From positions 7,072,001 through 7,136,000 of the forward strand of contig CP068257.2 of assembly GCA_009914755.4 (NCBI GenBank): DNA of 64,000 nt. The letters run 5' to 3'. Positions 41,868 through 58,760 of the stretch are shown here, in pieces. The translations under genes and the position numbers were made by a program. Below the pieces are notes generated by a model that saw only the letters and a list, made by a program, of their open reading frames with translations, did not search any database and was not told where the DNA came from. The stretch is from the human T2T-CHM13v2.0 reference genome, Homo sapiens. Numbering within the stretch: the first letter of the stretch is position 1; each line of letters begins with the position of its first letter.

Positions 41868-44800
41868 GAGTTGAATGGAATGCAATGGACTCAAATGGAT
41901 TGGAATGGCATGGACACGAATGGAATGAATTGGAATGGCATGGACAACAATGGAATGGAATGGACTTGAATGGAATGGACTAGAATGGAATAGAATGGAA
42001 TGGAATGGAGTTGAATGGAAGAGAATCGAAGGGAATGGAATGGACTTGAATGGAAGAGAAGCGAAGGGAATGTAATAGACTCGAATGAAATGGAATTGAA
42101 TGGACTCGAATGGAATGGGAAGGATTCGAATGGAATAGAATGGACTCGAATGGAATGGAATGGAATGGACTGTAATGGAATCGAATGGAATTCAGTGGAA
42201 TGGAAGTTAATGGAACGGAATGAAATGGAATGGACTTGAATCAAATAGTATGGAAACGAATGGAATGGACTCCAATGAAATGGAATGGAATGGACTCTAA
42301 TGGAATGGAATTGACTCGACTGGAATGGAATGAAATGGAATGGACTCAAATAAAATGGAGAGGAATGGATTCGAAAGGAATGGAAAGGAATTGACTACAA
42401 TGGAATGGAAAGGAATGGACTCAAATGGATTTGAATATAATGGAATGGAATAGAGTGGAATGGAATCGAATGGAATTCGAATGGAATTGAATGGACTCGA
42501 ATCAAATGGAATGTAATGGACTGGAATGGACTCGAAAGGAATGGAGTTGAAAGGAGTCTAATGGAATGGAATGGACTCGAATGGAATAGAATGGAATGGA
42601 ATGGAACTAAAAGGAAGGGAATTGAATGGACATGAAATGTATGGAATGCAATGGAACGGACTGGAATGGAATGGAAAGGAATGGATTGAAATGGAATGGA
42701 ATTGACGTTAATGGAATAGAATGGAATGGAATGGAATGTACTCGAATGGAATGGAATTGAATGGACATGAATGGAAAGGAATGAAGTGGAATGGAATGGA
42801 ATGGGATGGAATAGGATGGAATGGGATGGAATGGAATGGAATGAAATGGACTGGAATGGAATGGAATGGAATGGAGTGGAAAGGAAAGGAATGGACTTGA
42901 ATGGAATAGAATGGAGTGGAATGGAATGGACTCGAATGAAATTGAATGCAAAGGACTTGAAAGCAATGGAATGGACTTGAATGAAATGTAATGGATTGGA
43001 ATGGGCTCGAATTGAATGGAATGGAATGGACTCAAGAGGAATGGAATGGAATAGAGTCGAATGTAATATAATGGAATGGAATGAGCTCGAATGGAATGGA
43101 ATGGAGTGGAATGGAATGGACTAGAATAGAATGGAATGGAATGGAATGGACTTGAATGGAGTAGAAAGGAATAGAAGGGAATGGATTCGAATGAAATGGA
43201 ATGGAATGGATTCGAATGGAATGGACACGAGTGTAATGGATTGGAATGGACTCAAGTGGAATGGAATTGAATCGAATGGAATGGAGTGGAATGGATTCGA
43301 ATGGAATGGAATGGAATTGAATGGACTCGAGTTGAATGGAATGTAATGGTAAGGAATGGGCTCGAATGGAATGGAATGGAATGGAATCAAAGGGACTCGA
43401 ATGAAATGGAATGGAATGGAATGAACTCGAATTAAATGTGATGGAATGTAATGGAATGGAATGGACACAAATGGTATGCAGTGGAATTGAATTGACTCGA
43501 AAGGAATGGAATGGAATGGAATGGACTCGAAAGGAAAAGAATGGAATGGAATGGAGTGGAATGGAATGGAATTGAGTGGAATGGAATAGAATGGAATGGA
43601 ATGGACTCCAATGGAATGGAATGGTCTCGAAGGTAATTGAATGGAATGAAAGCGACTCAAATGGAATTGAATGGAATGGAATGGACTCTAATGGGATAGA
43701 ATGGAATTGAATGGATTCTAATGGAATCGAATGCGCTGGAATGGATTGCAGTTGAATTGAATGGATCTGAAAAGAATGGAATGGAATGGTCTGCAATAGA
43801 ATGGAATGGAGTGGAATGGAATGGAATGGAACAGAATGGACTTGAATGGGATGCAAAGGAATGGACAGGAGTCTAATGGAATGGAATGGAATGGACCCAA
43901 ATGGAATGGAATGGAATAGAATGAAATGGAATGGAATGGACTTGAATGGAATGTAATGGACACGAATGGAATGGAATGGAAGGGGATGGAATGGAATGGA
44001 ATGGAATGGAAAGGAATGGACCAGAATGGAATGCAATGGAATGGACTGGAATGGAATGGAATGGTATGGAAAGGAATGGACTTGAATGGAATGGATTGGA
44101 ATGGACTCGAAAATAATGGAATGGAATAGATTCGAACGGAATGGAATGGACACAAATGGAACGGAATGTAATGGAATGCACTCGAATGGAATACAATGGA
44201 ATTAAATTGAATATGCTCTAATGGAATGGAATGGAATGGAATGGACTAGAATGGAATGGAAAGAAATAGAGTCGAATGGATTGGAATGCAATGGAATATA
44301 CTCAAATGGAATTTAATGGAATGGACTAGAATGAAATTGAATGGACTGGAATGGAATGCAGTTAAATTGAATGGACACGAAAGCAATGGAATGGATTGGA
44401 ATGGAATGGAATGGAATGAAATGGAATGAAATGGACTCAAAAGGAATGCAATGGGATGGAATAGACTCGAATGGAATGGAGTGGAATAGAATGGAAAGGA
44501 CTCGAATGGAATGGAATGGACACGAATGGAATGGAATGGAATCGACTCAAACTGAATGGAATGGACTCGAATGGAATGGAATAGAATGGAATTGAGTCTA
44601 AAGGAATTGAATGGAATGTACCCGAATGGAATGGAATGAAATGGATTGTTCTCGAAAGGAATGGAATGGAAGGAATGGAATGGAATGGAATGGAAGGAAT
44701 GCAATGGAATGGAACGGAATGGAATCGAATAGAATGGAGCCGAAGGGACTCGAATATAATGGAATGGAATTGAATGGACTGGAATGGAATGGAATGTAAA

Positions 44801-47800
44801 GAAATGGAATGAACTCGAATGGAATGGAATGTAATGGAATGAAATGTACTCGAACGGAATGGAATGGAATGCAATGGACTCGAGTGGAATGGTATGGAGT
44901 GGCATGGAATGGCATGGAATAGAATGGAAATGACTGAAATGGAATGCAGTTGAATTGAATTGACCTGAAAGGAATGGAATGGAATGGAATGGAATGCAGT
45001 GGAATGGAAAAGAAAGGAATGAAATGCACTCGAATGGAATGGAACGGTACAGAATGGACTCAAATGAAATGGAATGGACCCAAACGAAATGTAATGGAAT
45101 GTAATTGACTCCAGTGCAATGGAATGGAATGGACTCGAATGAAATGGCATGCAGTGGAATGGACTGGAATCGCATGCAATGGAAAGGAATAGACTCAAAT
45201 GGAATGGAAGGGAATGGAATGGACTCTAATGTAATGGAATGGACACGAATGGAATGGAAAGGAATGGAATAGAGTTTAACAGAATGGAATGACATGGATT
45301 GGAATATAATGGAATGGAATGGAATGGACTCAAATGGAATGTAATGGAATGGACTCGAATGGAATAGAAAGGAATTTACTGTATTGGAGTCTAATGGAAT
45401 GGACTCAAATGTAATGCAAAGGAATGGAATCGAATGGAATCAAATGGAATCGAATGGATTCAAAGGGAATGAAATGGAATGGAAAGGAATGGAATGAAAT
45501 GGAATGGAATTGTGCTGAATGGAATAGAATGGAATGGAATGGACTCGAATGAAATGGAATGGAATGGAGTCGAATAGAATGGAATGGACTCGAATGGAAT
45601 GGAATGGACTCAAGTGGAATGGAAATAAATAGCTTCGAGTGCAATAGAAGGTAATGGAATGGACTCGAAAGGAATTTAATGGAATGGAGTCGAATGGAAT
45701 GGAATGGAATGGAACGGAATATACTTGTATGGAATAGAAATGAAAGGAATGGAATGGACTCGAATGAAATTGAATAGAATGGAAAGGAATGTAATGGACA
45801 CGAATAGAATGGAATGGAAACAACTAGAGTGAAATGGAATGGTATGGAATTGAATGCACTCAAATGGAACGGAATGGAATTGACACTAATGGAATAGAAA
45901 GGAATGGACTCCAATGGAATGCAATGGAGTGGAATGGACTCTAATGGAACGGAGTGGAATGGATATGAACGTAATGGAATGGATTGGAATGGAATGGAAT
46001 GGAATGGACTTGAATGGAATAGAATGGAAAGGAATGGAATGGACTAGAATGAAATGGAAAATAATGGACTCGAATGGAATGGAATAGACTCCAATGGATT
46101 GGAATGGAATGGACTCAAAAGGAATGGAATGGAATGGAATGGACTCAAGTGGAATGGAATGGAATGGACTCGAATGTAATAGAATGGAATGGAATAGAAT
46201 GGAATGGAATGGACTCGAATGGAATGCAATGGACATGAATGGAAAGTAATGGAATGGAATAGAATGGACTGTAATGGAATCGAATGCAATGCAATGGAAT
46301 GGAATGGAATGGAAAGGAATGGACTTGAATGGAATAGATTGGAAACGAATGGAATAGACACGAATGAATTGGAATGGAACAGAATCTAATGGAATGGAAT
46401 TGACTTGACTGGAATGGAATGAAATGGAATGGACTCAAGTGGAATGGAGTGGAATGCAAACGAAAGGAATGGAATAGAATTGACTAGAATGGAATAGAAA
46501 GGAATGGACTCGAATGGATTGGAATATAATGGAATGGATTCAAATGGAATTAAGTTAAATGGAATCGAAAGGAATTCGAATGGAATTGAATGGACATGAA
46601 TGGAATGGAATGGAATGGAATGGACTCGAAAGGAATGGAGTGGAAATGACATGAATGGAATGGAATGGACTCGAATGGAATGGAATGGACTTAAGTGGAA
46701 TAGAATGGAATGGACTCAAATTGAATGGAATGGACTCGAATGGAACAGAATGGAATGGAATGGAATGTACACGAATGGAATGAAATTGAATGGACAAGAA
46801 TGGAATGGAATGGAATGGAATGGAAAGGAATGGCACGGAATGGAATGGAATTGACTGGAATGGATAGCAATGGACTTAAATGGAATACAATGGAGTGGAA
46901 GGGAATGGACTCGAATGAAATGGAATGGAAAGGACTTGAAAGCAATGGAATGGACTCGAATGGAATGTAATGGATTGGATTGGAATGGACTTGAATGGAA
47001 TGGAATGGAATGAACTCAACAGGATTGGAATGGAGTAGACTCAAATGGAATATAATGGAAAGGATTGGGCTCGAGTGGAATGGAATGGACATGAATGGAA
47101 TGGAATAGGGTGAAATGTAATGGATTATAAAGGAATGGAATGGACTTGAATGGAATAGAATGGAATGGAAAGGAATGGACTCAAATGAAATGGAATGGAA
47201 TGGACTTGAATGGAATGGAATGGACACGAGTGGAATGGAATGGAATGGACTCGAAAGAATGGAATGGAATTCAATTGAATAGAATGGAAAAGAACAGGAA
47301 GGAATGGAATGGAATGGAATGGACTCGAACGGAATGGAGTGGAATGGATTCGAATGGAATGGAATGGACTCGTATTTAATGGAATGGAATGCAATGACAG
47401 GGACTCAAATGAAATGGAATGGAATGAAATGTACTCGAATTTAATGCAATGGATTGTAATGGAATGGAATGGAATCAAATGGTATGGAATGGAATTGACT
47501 GGAATCGAAAGGAATTGAACAATATAGAATGGACTCAAAAGGAATGGAATGGAATTGAATGGAATGGAATGGAATGGAATGGACTCGAATGGAAGGGAAT
47601 GGAATGGACTCCAAAGGAATGAAATAGTCTTGAAGGGAATAGAATGGAATGAAAACGACTAGAGTGGAATGGAATGGAATGCAATGGACTCTAATGGGAT
47701 AGAATGGGATTGAATGGACTCTAATGGAATGCAATAGTATGGAATAGAACGGAATGGACTGGAATGGAATGGAATGCAGTTGAATTGAAAGGATCCGAAA

Positions 47801-50800
47801 AGAATGGAAAGGAATGGAATAGAATGGAATGGAATGCGAAGGAATGGAATTGAGTGGGATGGAATGGAGTGGAAAGGACTCTAATGGAATGGAATGGAAT
47901 GGACTCGAATGGAATGGAATGGAAGAGAATGGACTTGAATGAGATGGAATGTAATGGAAAGGACTCTAATGGAATGAAATGTAATGGACCCAAATTAATG
48001 GAATGGAATGGAATGGAATGGAAAAGGTATGGAATGGAATTGACCCGAATGGAATGGAATGGACTCAAATGGAATGAAATGTAATGTAATGGAATGGAAG
48101 GGACTCGAATGGAATGGAAGGGAATGGACTCGAAAGGAATGGAATAGAATGGAAAGGAATGGAATGGATTCTAATGGAAAGGAATTGAAAGGAAACAACT
48201 TGAGTGAAATGGAATAGTATGGAATGGAATGCACTCAAATGGAATGGAATGGAATGGAATCTAATGGAATCGAAAGGAATGGACTCCAATGGAATTGAAT
48301 AGAGTGCAGTAAACTCGAATGGAATGGAGTGGAATGTATATGAATGGCATGGAATGGAATGGATTGGAATGGAACGGAATGGACTTGAATGGAATAGAAT
48401 GGAAGGGAATGGAATGGACTCGAAGGAAATGGAAAAGAATGCACTTGAATGGAATGTAATGGACTCAAATGTATTGTAATAGAATGGACTCGAATGGAAT
48501 GGAATGCAATGGAATGGACTCAAGTGGAATGCAATGGACTCGAATGGAATAGAATGGACTCGAATGGAATGGAATGGACACGAATGGAAAGTAATGGAAT
48601 GGAATGGAATGGACTCTAATGGAATCGAATGGAAAGTAATGGAATGGAATGGAATGGAGTGTAATGGAATGGAATGGAGTGGAATGGAATGGAAAGGAAT
48701 GGACTTGAATGGAATAGATTGGAAACGAATGGAATAGACTCGAATGAATTGGAATGGAATGGACACCAATGGAATAGAATTGACTCGACTGGAATGGAAT
48801 GAATTGGAGTGGACTCAGATGCAATGGAGTGGAATGGATTCGAATGGAATCGAATGGAATTGAGTAGAATGGAATAGAAAGTAATGGACTCGAATGGATT
48901 GGAATATAATGGAATGGACCCAAATGGAATGGAGTGGAATGGATTCGAAAGGAATTCGAATGGAATTGAATGGATTTGAATTGAATGGAATGGACTAGAA
49001 AGGAATGGAGTGGAATGGACTCGAATGGAATTTAATGGACTCGAATGGAATGGAATGGACCGTAATGGAATGGAATGGAATTGAGTGGAATGGAATTGAG
49101 TGGAATGGAATTTAATGGAATGGAGAGGAATGGAATGGAATGGAATGGAATGGAATGGAATGGAATGGAATGGAATGGAATTCAATAGAATGGACTGGAA
49201 TGGAATGGAATGGAATGGAATTCAATAGAATGGACTGGAATGGATTGGAATTGAAAGGAATGGAATGGTCTTGAATGCAGTGGAATGGACTCCAATGGAA
49301 TGGAATGGAATGCAATGGAATGGACTCGAATGTATTTGAGTGGAATTTACTGGATTGGAATCTAATGTTATGGACTCTAATGGACTGGAATGGAATGTCC
49401 TCAAATGGAATAGAATGGAATGGAATGGACTTCAATGGAAAGGAATGGAATGGACATGAAACGTATGGAATGGAATTGGATGGAATGGAATGGACTGGAA
49501 TGGAAGGGAATGGAATTGATTGGAATGGAACGCAATGGACTTGAATGAAATAGAATTGAATGGAATGGAATGGACACGAATGAAATTAAAAGGAAAGTAT
49601 TCAAATGCAATGCAATGGACTCGAATATAATGGAATGGAATGGAATCAAATCGAATGGAACAGAATGGAATGGAATGGAATGGAATGGAATGTACTTGAA
49701 TGGAACAGAATGGAATGTAATGGAATTTACTCAAATGGAATCGAATTGAATGGACACGAATGGAAAGGAATGAAACGGAATGGAATGGAATGGAACGGAA
49801 TGGAATGGAATGGACTGGAATGGAAAGGAAAGGACTTGAATGCAGTACAATGGAGTAGAAGGGAATGGACTCGAATTAAATGGAATGGAAAGGACTTGAA
49901 AGTAATGCAATGGATTCAAATGGAATGTATTGGAATGGAATGGACTCCAATGGAATGGAATGGAATGGACTCAAGTGGAATGGAATGGAATAGACTCGAA
50001 TAGAATATAATGGAAAGGATTGGGCTCGAATGGAATGGAATGGACACGAATGGAATGGAATAGAGTGAAATGGAATGGACTGGAATGGAATGGACTTAAA
50101 TGGAATACAATGCAATGGAAAGGACTGAACTGGAATGAAGTGGAATGGAAAGGACTTGAATGGAATGCAATGAACACGAGAGGAATGGAATGGAATGGAC
50201 TCGAATGGAATGGAATGGACTCGAATAGAATGGAGTTTAATGGATTCAAATGGAATGGAATGGAATTGAATGGACTCGAGTCTAATGGAATGTAATGGTA
50301 TGTAATGGACTCGAATGGAATGGAATGGAATGCAATCAAAGGGACTCGAATGAAATGTAATGGAATGGAGTTGAATTTAATGCAATGGATTCTAATGGAA
50401 CGGAATGGATTCAAATGTTACGGAACAGAATTGAATGGACTTGAAAGGAATTGAATGGAATGGAATGGACTCGATAGGAATGGAAAGGAAGGGAACCGAA
50501 TCGAATGGAAGGGAATGGAATGGAATCCAATGGAATGAAATGGTCTCGAAGGGAATGGAATGGAATGAAAATGACTCGAGTGGAATGGAATGGAATGGAA
50601 TGGAATGGAATGGAATGGAATGGAATGAAACGAAATGGACTCTAATGGGATAGAATGGCATTGAATGGACTCTAATGGAATGGAATGGAATGGACTGGAA
50701 TGAAATGCAGTTGAATTGAATGGATCTGAAAGGAATGGAACAGAATGGAATAGAATGGAATGGAATGGAATGGAATGGACTTGAATGGGATGGAATGGAA

Positions 50801-52451
50801 TGGAATGAAATGGACTCGAATGGAATACAATGGAATTTAAATGAATAGAATCTATTGGAATGGAATGGAATGGTCTCGAATGGAATAGAATGGAATAGAC
50901 TCGAATGGAATGGAATTAAATAGAATACAATGGACACGAATGGAATGGAATGGAATGCAATAACATGGAATGGTATGGATTGGAATGGATTTGAATGGAA
51001 CAGAATGGGAGGGAATGGAATGAATTCAAAAGGAAAGGAATGGAACGGAATGCAATGGAATGGAAAGGCCACGAGTGGAATGGAATGGAATGAAATAGAA
51101 TAGATTGCAATTTAGTGAAATGCACTCTAAATGAATTGAATGGAATGGACTTGAATGCAATAGAATGGAATGGAATCGAATGGAATGAAATGGAATGGAC
51201 TTGAATGGAAAAGAATAGAATGGAGTGGAACGGAATGGATTAGAATGGAATTGAGTTTAATAGACTCGAATGGAATGGAATGTAAGTAAAAGGACAGGAA
51301 TGGAAAGGAATGTAATGGAATGGAATGGAAAAGAATGGTATGGAAAGAATGGAATGCAATAGAATGGAATGGAATGGATTGGAATGGAATGGACTCGAAT
51401 GGAATGTAATGGAATCGACCCAAATAGAATGTAAAGGAATGGAATAGACTCGAAAGGAATGGAAAGGAATGGAATGGACTCGAATGGAATGGACTCGAAG
51501 GGAATGGTATGTAATGGCATCCAATGGAATGGAATGGAATGGACTCTATTGAAATAGAATGTACCCAAATGGAATGGAATGGAGTGGAATGGAATGGAAT
51601 GCAACGGAGAGGAATGGAGAGGAATGGAATGGAATGGAGAGGAATGGAATGGAATGGAATGGAATAGATTGGAATGGAATTGATTGGAATAGAATGGAAT
51701 GGAAAGGAATGGACTCAAACGGAATGGAATGCGGTCGAATGGAATGAAATGAAATGGAATGACCTCGAATGGAATAGAATGGAATTTACTGGATTGGAAA
51801 CCAATGGAATGGACTCGAATGGAATGGAATGGAATGGACTCGAATGGAATGGAATGGTATGGACTCGAATGGAATTAAATGGAATGGGATGGACTCGAAT
51901 GGAATGGAATGGAATGGACTCAAATGGAAAAAGAGTGGATTGGAACGGCCTCGAATGAAATGGAATGGAATGGAGTCAAATGGAATGGTATGGACTCAAA
52001 CGGAGTGGAGCCGAATGGATTCGAATGGAATGGACTGGAATGGAATGGAATGAATTCGAATGGAATGGAATGGAATGGAATGAAATGGACTCAAATGGAA
52101 TGGCATGGAAAGGACTCGAATGGAATGGAAAGAAATGGAATGGAATGGAATGAAATAGAATGGACCCGAAGGAAATGGAATGGAATAGAGTCGATTTGAA
52201 TGAAATGGAATGGAATGGTCCCGAATGAAATGGAATGCAGTGGAATCGACTGGAAAGGCATGAAATGGAATGGAATAAACTCGAATGGAATGGAATGGAG
52301 TCGAATGGAACGTAATGGAATGGACCCGAATGGAATGGAATGTAATGGAATAGAATAGAATGGAACAGAATGGATTGGAATAGAATGGAATTGAAAGGAG
52401 TGGACTCAAGTGGAATGGAATGGAATGGACTCGAATGGAATAGAATGGAAT

Positions 52452-55400
52452 TTACTGGATTGGAATCCAACGGAATTGACTCTACTGAAATAGAGTGGAA
52501 TGGACTCAAATGGAATGGAATGGAATGGAATGGCATGGAATGGAATGGAATGGAATAGAGTTGAATGTAATAGAACGGAATGGAAAGGAATGGACTGTAA
52601 TGAAATGGAATGGAATGGAGACGAATGGAATGGAATAGAATGGAACAGAATGGAATGGACTCGAAAGGAATGGCATGGACTCAAATGGAATGCAATCAAA
52701 TGGACTCAAATGCAATAGAATGGAATGGAATGGAATGGAGTGTAATGGAAAAAAATGGAATGCAATGGAATGGACTTGAGTGGAAGAGAATGGAAAGGAA
52801 TAAAATGGACTCGAATGACATGGAATAGAATGGAATCAAATGGAATGGAATGGACTCTAGTTGATTTTAATGGAATAGAATGGACTCGATTGGAATGGAG
52901 TGGAATGGAGTGGAATGGGTTTCAATGGAATGGAAGGGAATTGAATGGATTCGTGTAGAACGGAATGTAATGGTATGGAATGGACTCAAATGGAGAGGAA
53001 GGAAATGGAATGGAATGGAAAGAAATGGACTCGAGAGGAATGGGATGGAATGGAATGGAATGAAATGGAATGGAATTGAATATAATTTAATGGATTGGAA
53101 TGGAATGGAATGAAATCAAATGCAATGGAATGTACTCGAATGGAATGGAATGGAAAGGACTCAAATGGAATAGAATGGAATTGTCCGGATTGAAATCTAA
53201 TGGTATAGACTCGAATGGAATGGAATGGACTCAAATGGAAGAGAATGGAATGGAATGGACTCAAGCGGAATGGAATGGTATGGACACAAAATGTATGGAA
53301 TGGAATGGGATGGAATGGAATGGATTGGAATGGACGGAATGGAACAGAGTGGAATAGAATGGAATGGACTTGAATGGAATAAAATGGAATGGAAAGGAAT
53401 GGACTAGAATTAAATGGAATGGAGAAGACTGAAATGCAATGGAATGGACTTGAATGGAATGGAATGGAATGGATAGGACTGAAATGCAATGGAATGGACT
53501 GGAATGGAATATAATGGAATGGAATGGACTCGAATGGAATGGAATGGAATGTACTCAATTGGAATGGAATGGACTCGAATGAAATGGAATGCAGTGGAAT
53601 GTAGTAGAATGGCATGCATTGGAATGGAATACACTCTAATGGAATGGAATGGAATGGAATCGAATCAAATGGAATCGAATGGACAGGAATGGAATGGACC
53701 CGAATGGAATTGAAAGGAATGGAATGGAGAGGAATAGAAGGGCATTGAATGGATTGGAATGGAATGGAATGGAATGAAATGGAATAAAATGGAATGGGAT
53801 GGACACAAATGGAATGGAATGGACTCTAATGGAAGAGAGTGGATTGGAATGGACTCGAATGGAATGGTTTAGATTCGAACGGTGTGGAGACGAATGGATT
53901 AGAAAGGATTGGACTAGAATGGAATGGAATGAACTCGAGTGGAATGCAACGGAATGGAATGAAACGGACTCAAATGGAATGGCATTGAATGGACTCGAAT
54001 GGAATGGACTCGAATGGAATGGAATGGAATGGAATGGAATTGAATGAAAAGGAATGGAATGGAATGGAATGGAGCCGAATGAAATGGAATGCAGTGGAAT
54101 CGACTGGAATGGCATGAAATGGAATGGAATAAACTCGAATGGAATGGAATGGATTCGAATGGAAGGTAATGGAATGGACCCGAATGGAATGGAATGTAAT
54201 GGAATAGAATAGAATGGAACAGAATGGATTGGAATAGAATGGAATTGTATGGAGTAGACTCAAGTGGAATGGAATGGAATGGACTTGAATGGAAGAGAAT
54301 GGAATTTACTGGATTGGAGTCTAACGGAATTGACTCTACTGAAATGGAATGAAATGGACTCGAATGGAATGGAATGGAATGGAATGGAGTAGAGTTGAAT
54401 GCAATAGAACGGAATGGAAAGGAATGGACTCTAATGAAATGGAATGGAATGGAGTCGAATGGAATGGAATAGAATGGAACGGATTGGAATGGACTCAAAT
54501 GGAATGAATGGAATGGACTCAAATGCAATAGAATGGAATGGAATGGAATGGACTCGAATGGAATGGACAGGAATGGAATGGAATGGAATGGAATGGAGTG
54601 TAATGGAATGGAATGGAAAGCAATGGAATGGACTTGAGTGGAATAGAATGGAAAGGAATGGAATGGACTCTAATGACGTGGAATAGAATGGAATCAAATG
54701 GAATGGAGTGGAATCTAGTTGAATTTAATGGAGTAGAAAGGACTTGATTGGAATGGAGTGGAATGGAGTGGAATGGCTTTCAATGGAATGGAAGGGAATT
54801 GAATGGATTCGAGTGGAACAGAATGTAGTGGTTTGGAATGGACTAAATGGAGTCGAAACAAATGGAATGGAATGGAATGAAACGGACTCAAAAGGAATGG
54901 AATGAAATGGAATGGAATGGAATGGAATGGAATGGAATGGACTCAAATGCAATGGAATGTACTCGAATGGAATGGAATGGAATGCAATGGAAAGGACTCA
55001 AATGGAATAGAATGGAATTTTCCGGATTGAAATCTAATGGTATGGAATCTAATGGAATGGAATGGAACGGACTCCAATGGAAGAGAGTGGAATGGAATGC
55101 ACTCGAATGGAAGAGAATGTAATGGAATGGACTCAAAGGGAATGGAGTAGAATGAACACGAAATGTATGGAATGGAATGGGATGGAATGGAATGGACTGA
55201 TATGGAAGGAATCGAACGGAGTGGAAAAGAATGGAATGCAATTGAATGGAATAAAATGGAATGGAAAGCAATTGACTAGAATGAAATGGAATGGATAGGA
55301 CTGAAATGCAATGGAAAGGACTCGAATGGAATGGAATGGATAGGACTGAAATGCAATGGAATGGACTCGAATGGAATATAATGGAATGGAATGGAATGGA

Positions 55401-58400
55401 CTCGAATGGAATGGAATGGACTCAAATGGAATGGAATGGACTCGAATGAAATGGAATGCAGTAGAATGTAGTAGAATGGCATGCATTGGAATGGAATATA
55501 CTCTAATGGAATGGAATGGAATGGAATGGAATCGAAAGGACAGGAATGGAATGGACCCAAATGGAATTGAAAGGAATGGAATGGAATGGAGAGGAACGGA
55601 AGGGCATTGAATGGATTGGAATTCAATAGAATGGAATGAAATGGAATAAAATGGAATGGGATGGACTCGAATGGAATGGAATGGAATGGACTCTAATGGA
55701 AGAGAGTGGATTGGAATGGACTTGAATGCAAAGGAATGGAATGGACTCTAATGGAATGGTTTGGATTTGAACAGTGTGGAGACGAATGGATTCGAATGGA
55801 ATGGGCTGGAATGGAATGGAATGAACTCAAATGGAATGGAATGGAATGGAATGAAATGGACTCAAATGGAATTGCATGGAATGGACTCGAATGGAATGGA
55901 ATGGAATGGAATGGCGTGGAATGGAATGGAATGGACTCGAATGGAAAGCAGTTCAATTGAATGTACCTGAAACGTATGGATTGGAATGGAATGGAATGGA
56001 ATGAAATGGATTCGAATGGAATGGAAAGGAATGGAATGGACTCAAATGAAATGGAATGGACCTGAATGGAATGGAATGCAATAAAATCGACTCGAGTGGA
56101 ATGTAATGCAATGGACTCGAATTAAATGGAATGCAGTGGAATGGACTGGAATGGCATGCAATGGAATGAAATAAACTTGAAAGGTAAGGAACGGAATAGA
56201 ATGGACTCGAAAGGATGGGAATGGAATGGACTTGAATGGAATGGAATGGAATGGAATAGAATGGAACAGAATGGATTAGTAGAGAATGGAATTGAATGGA
56301 GTGGACTCAAGTGGAATGGAATGGAATGGACTCGAATAGAATAGAATGGAATTTATTGGATTGGAATCTAACGGAATTGACTCTAACGAAATGGAATGGA
56401 ATAGACTCGAATGGAAGCGAACGGAATGGAATGGACTCGAACAGAATGGAATGGAATGGAACGGAATGGAATGGCATGGAATGGAATGCAATAGAATGGA
56501 ATTGATTGGAATGGACTCAAATAAAATGGAATGGAATGGAGTCAACTGCAATGGAATGGACTCGAATGGAATGGAAAGGAATGGACTCAAGTGGAATGCA
56601 ATGGAATGGAATCGAATGCAATAGAATGTAATGGAATGGACTCAAATGGAATGGAATGGAACGGAATCGAATGAAATAGAATGGAATGGAATGGACTGGA
56701 ATGGAATGGAATGGAATAGAATGGAATGGACTTGAATGGATTAGAATGGAAAGGAATGGAATGGACTCGAATGATATGGAATAGAATTGACTTGAATGGA
56801 ATGGAAAATGGACTCTAGTTGAATTTAATGGAATAGAATGGACTCGATTGGAATGGAATTGATTGGGTTTCAATGGAATGGAAGGGAGTTGAATGGATTT
56901 GAGTCGAATGGAATGTAATGGTATGGAATGGACTCGAATAGAATGGAATGGAATGGAATGGACTCGAATGCAATTAAATGTACTCGAATGCAATTAAATG
57001 TACTCGAATGAAATGGAATGGAATACAGTGGAATGGACTCAAATGGAATAGAGTGAAATTTTCCGGTTTGTAATCTAATGGTATGGACTCTATTGGAATG
57101 GAATGGAATGGACTCGAATGGAAGAGAATAGAATAGAATGGATTCAAATGGAATAGAATGGAATGGACACGAAAGATACAGAATGGAATGGGATGGAATG
57201 GAATGGACTGGAAGGGAAGGGAATTGAGTGGAGTGGAATGTAACGGAATGGACATGAATGGAATAAAATGGAATGGAGAGGAATGGATTCGAATCAAATG
57301 GAATGGAAAGGACTCAAATGCCATGGAAAAGATTTGAATGGAAAGTAATGGAAAGGAACGTACTCAAATGGAATGAAATGGAATGGACTCAAATGGAATG
57401 GAATGGACTCAAATGAAATGGAATGCAGTGGAATGTATTCGAATGGCATGCAATGGAAGGGAATATACTCGAATGGAATGGACTTGAATGGAATGGAATG
57501 GAATGGACCCAAATGGGATGGAATGGAATGGAATGGAATGGAATGGAATGGAATGGAATTGAATGGAATGGATAGCAATGGAATGGAATGGAATGGATTT
57601 TAATGGAATGGAATGGAAGAGAATGGACACGAATGGAATAGAATGGAACTGACTCGAATGGAATTCAATGGAATGAATGCCAATGGAATGGAATAGATTA
57701 GAATGGAATGGAATGGAAATGAAAAGACTCACGTGGAATGGAATGGAATGGAATGGAATGGAATGGAATGGAATGGATTGCACTCGAATGGAATGGAATG
57801 GAATTGACTCAAATGTAATAGAAAGGAATGGACTCAAATGGAATGGAATGGAATCGAATGGAATGTACTCTAATACAATGGAGTGGAATGGACTCGAATG
57901 GAATCAAAATGAATTAAATGGACTGGAATCGAATGGAATGGAACAGACGCGAATGGAATGGAAAGGAATGTAATGGACACGAATGGAATGGAATGCAATG
58001 GAAAGGAATGGAATGGAATGGAATGGAATGGAACGGAATGGAACGGAATGGGATTGAATGGTGTGGATTAGAATGGGCTTGAATGGAACAGAAAGGGATG
58101 GAATGGAATGAATATAAAAGGAATGGAATGGAATGGACTCCAATGGAAGGAAAGGCCATGAATTGAATGGAATGGAAGGGAACTGACTCGAATGGAATAG
58201 ATTGGAATTTAGTGGAATGGACTCTATTAGAATGCAATGGAATGCATTTGAATGGAATGGAATTGAATGCAATGGATTCAAAAGGAATGCAATTGAATGG
58301 ACCCAAATAGAATGTAATGGAATGGAATAGACTCTAAAGGAATGGAATGGAACGTAATGGAATGGAATTGACTCGAATGGAATGAAATTTAAAGGATTTG

Positions 58401-58760
58401 AATGGAATGATATTTAATGGTATCGAATGGAATGGAATGGAATGAACTCGAATGAAATGGATTGGATGCAAATGGAATGGAATGGAATAGAATGGAATGG
58501 AATGGAATGGAGTAGATTTGAATGGAATAGAACGGAATGGAATTGATTGGAATGGAATGGAATGGAATGGAGTAGATTTGAATGGAATAGAACGGAATGG
58601 AATTGATTGGAATGGAATGGAATGGCATGCAATGGAATCGAATAGAATGGACTCGAAATGAATGGAATGGAATCGAAGGGAATGAAATGAAATGGAATGG
58701 GCTCGAATGGAATAGTATGGAATTTACTGGATTGGAGTCCACTGGAATGGACTCTAATGG
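52452..58760 (+). repeat. At least 4 diverged copies of a ~1.85-2.4-kb higher-order repeat
   Basis: Marker 'GAATTTACTGGATTGGARTCYAAYGGAATTGACTCTA' at 52,452 / 54,307 / 56,352 / 58,727. Second marker 'GAATTKTCCGGATTGAAATCTAATGGTAT' at 53,185 / 55,015 / 57,055. Long colinear similarity 51,976-52,536 vs 53,914-54,528 and 53,489-53,713 vs 55,356-55,610. Confidence 0.7.
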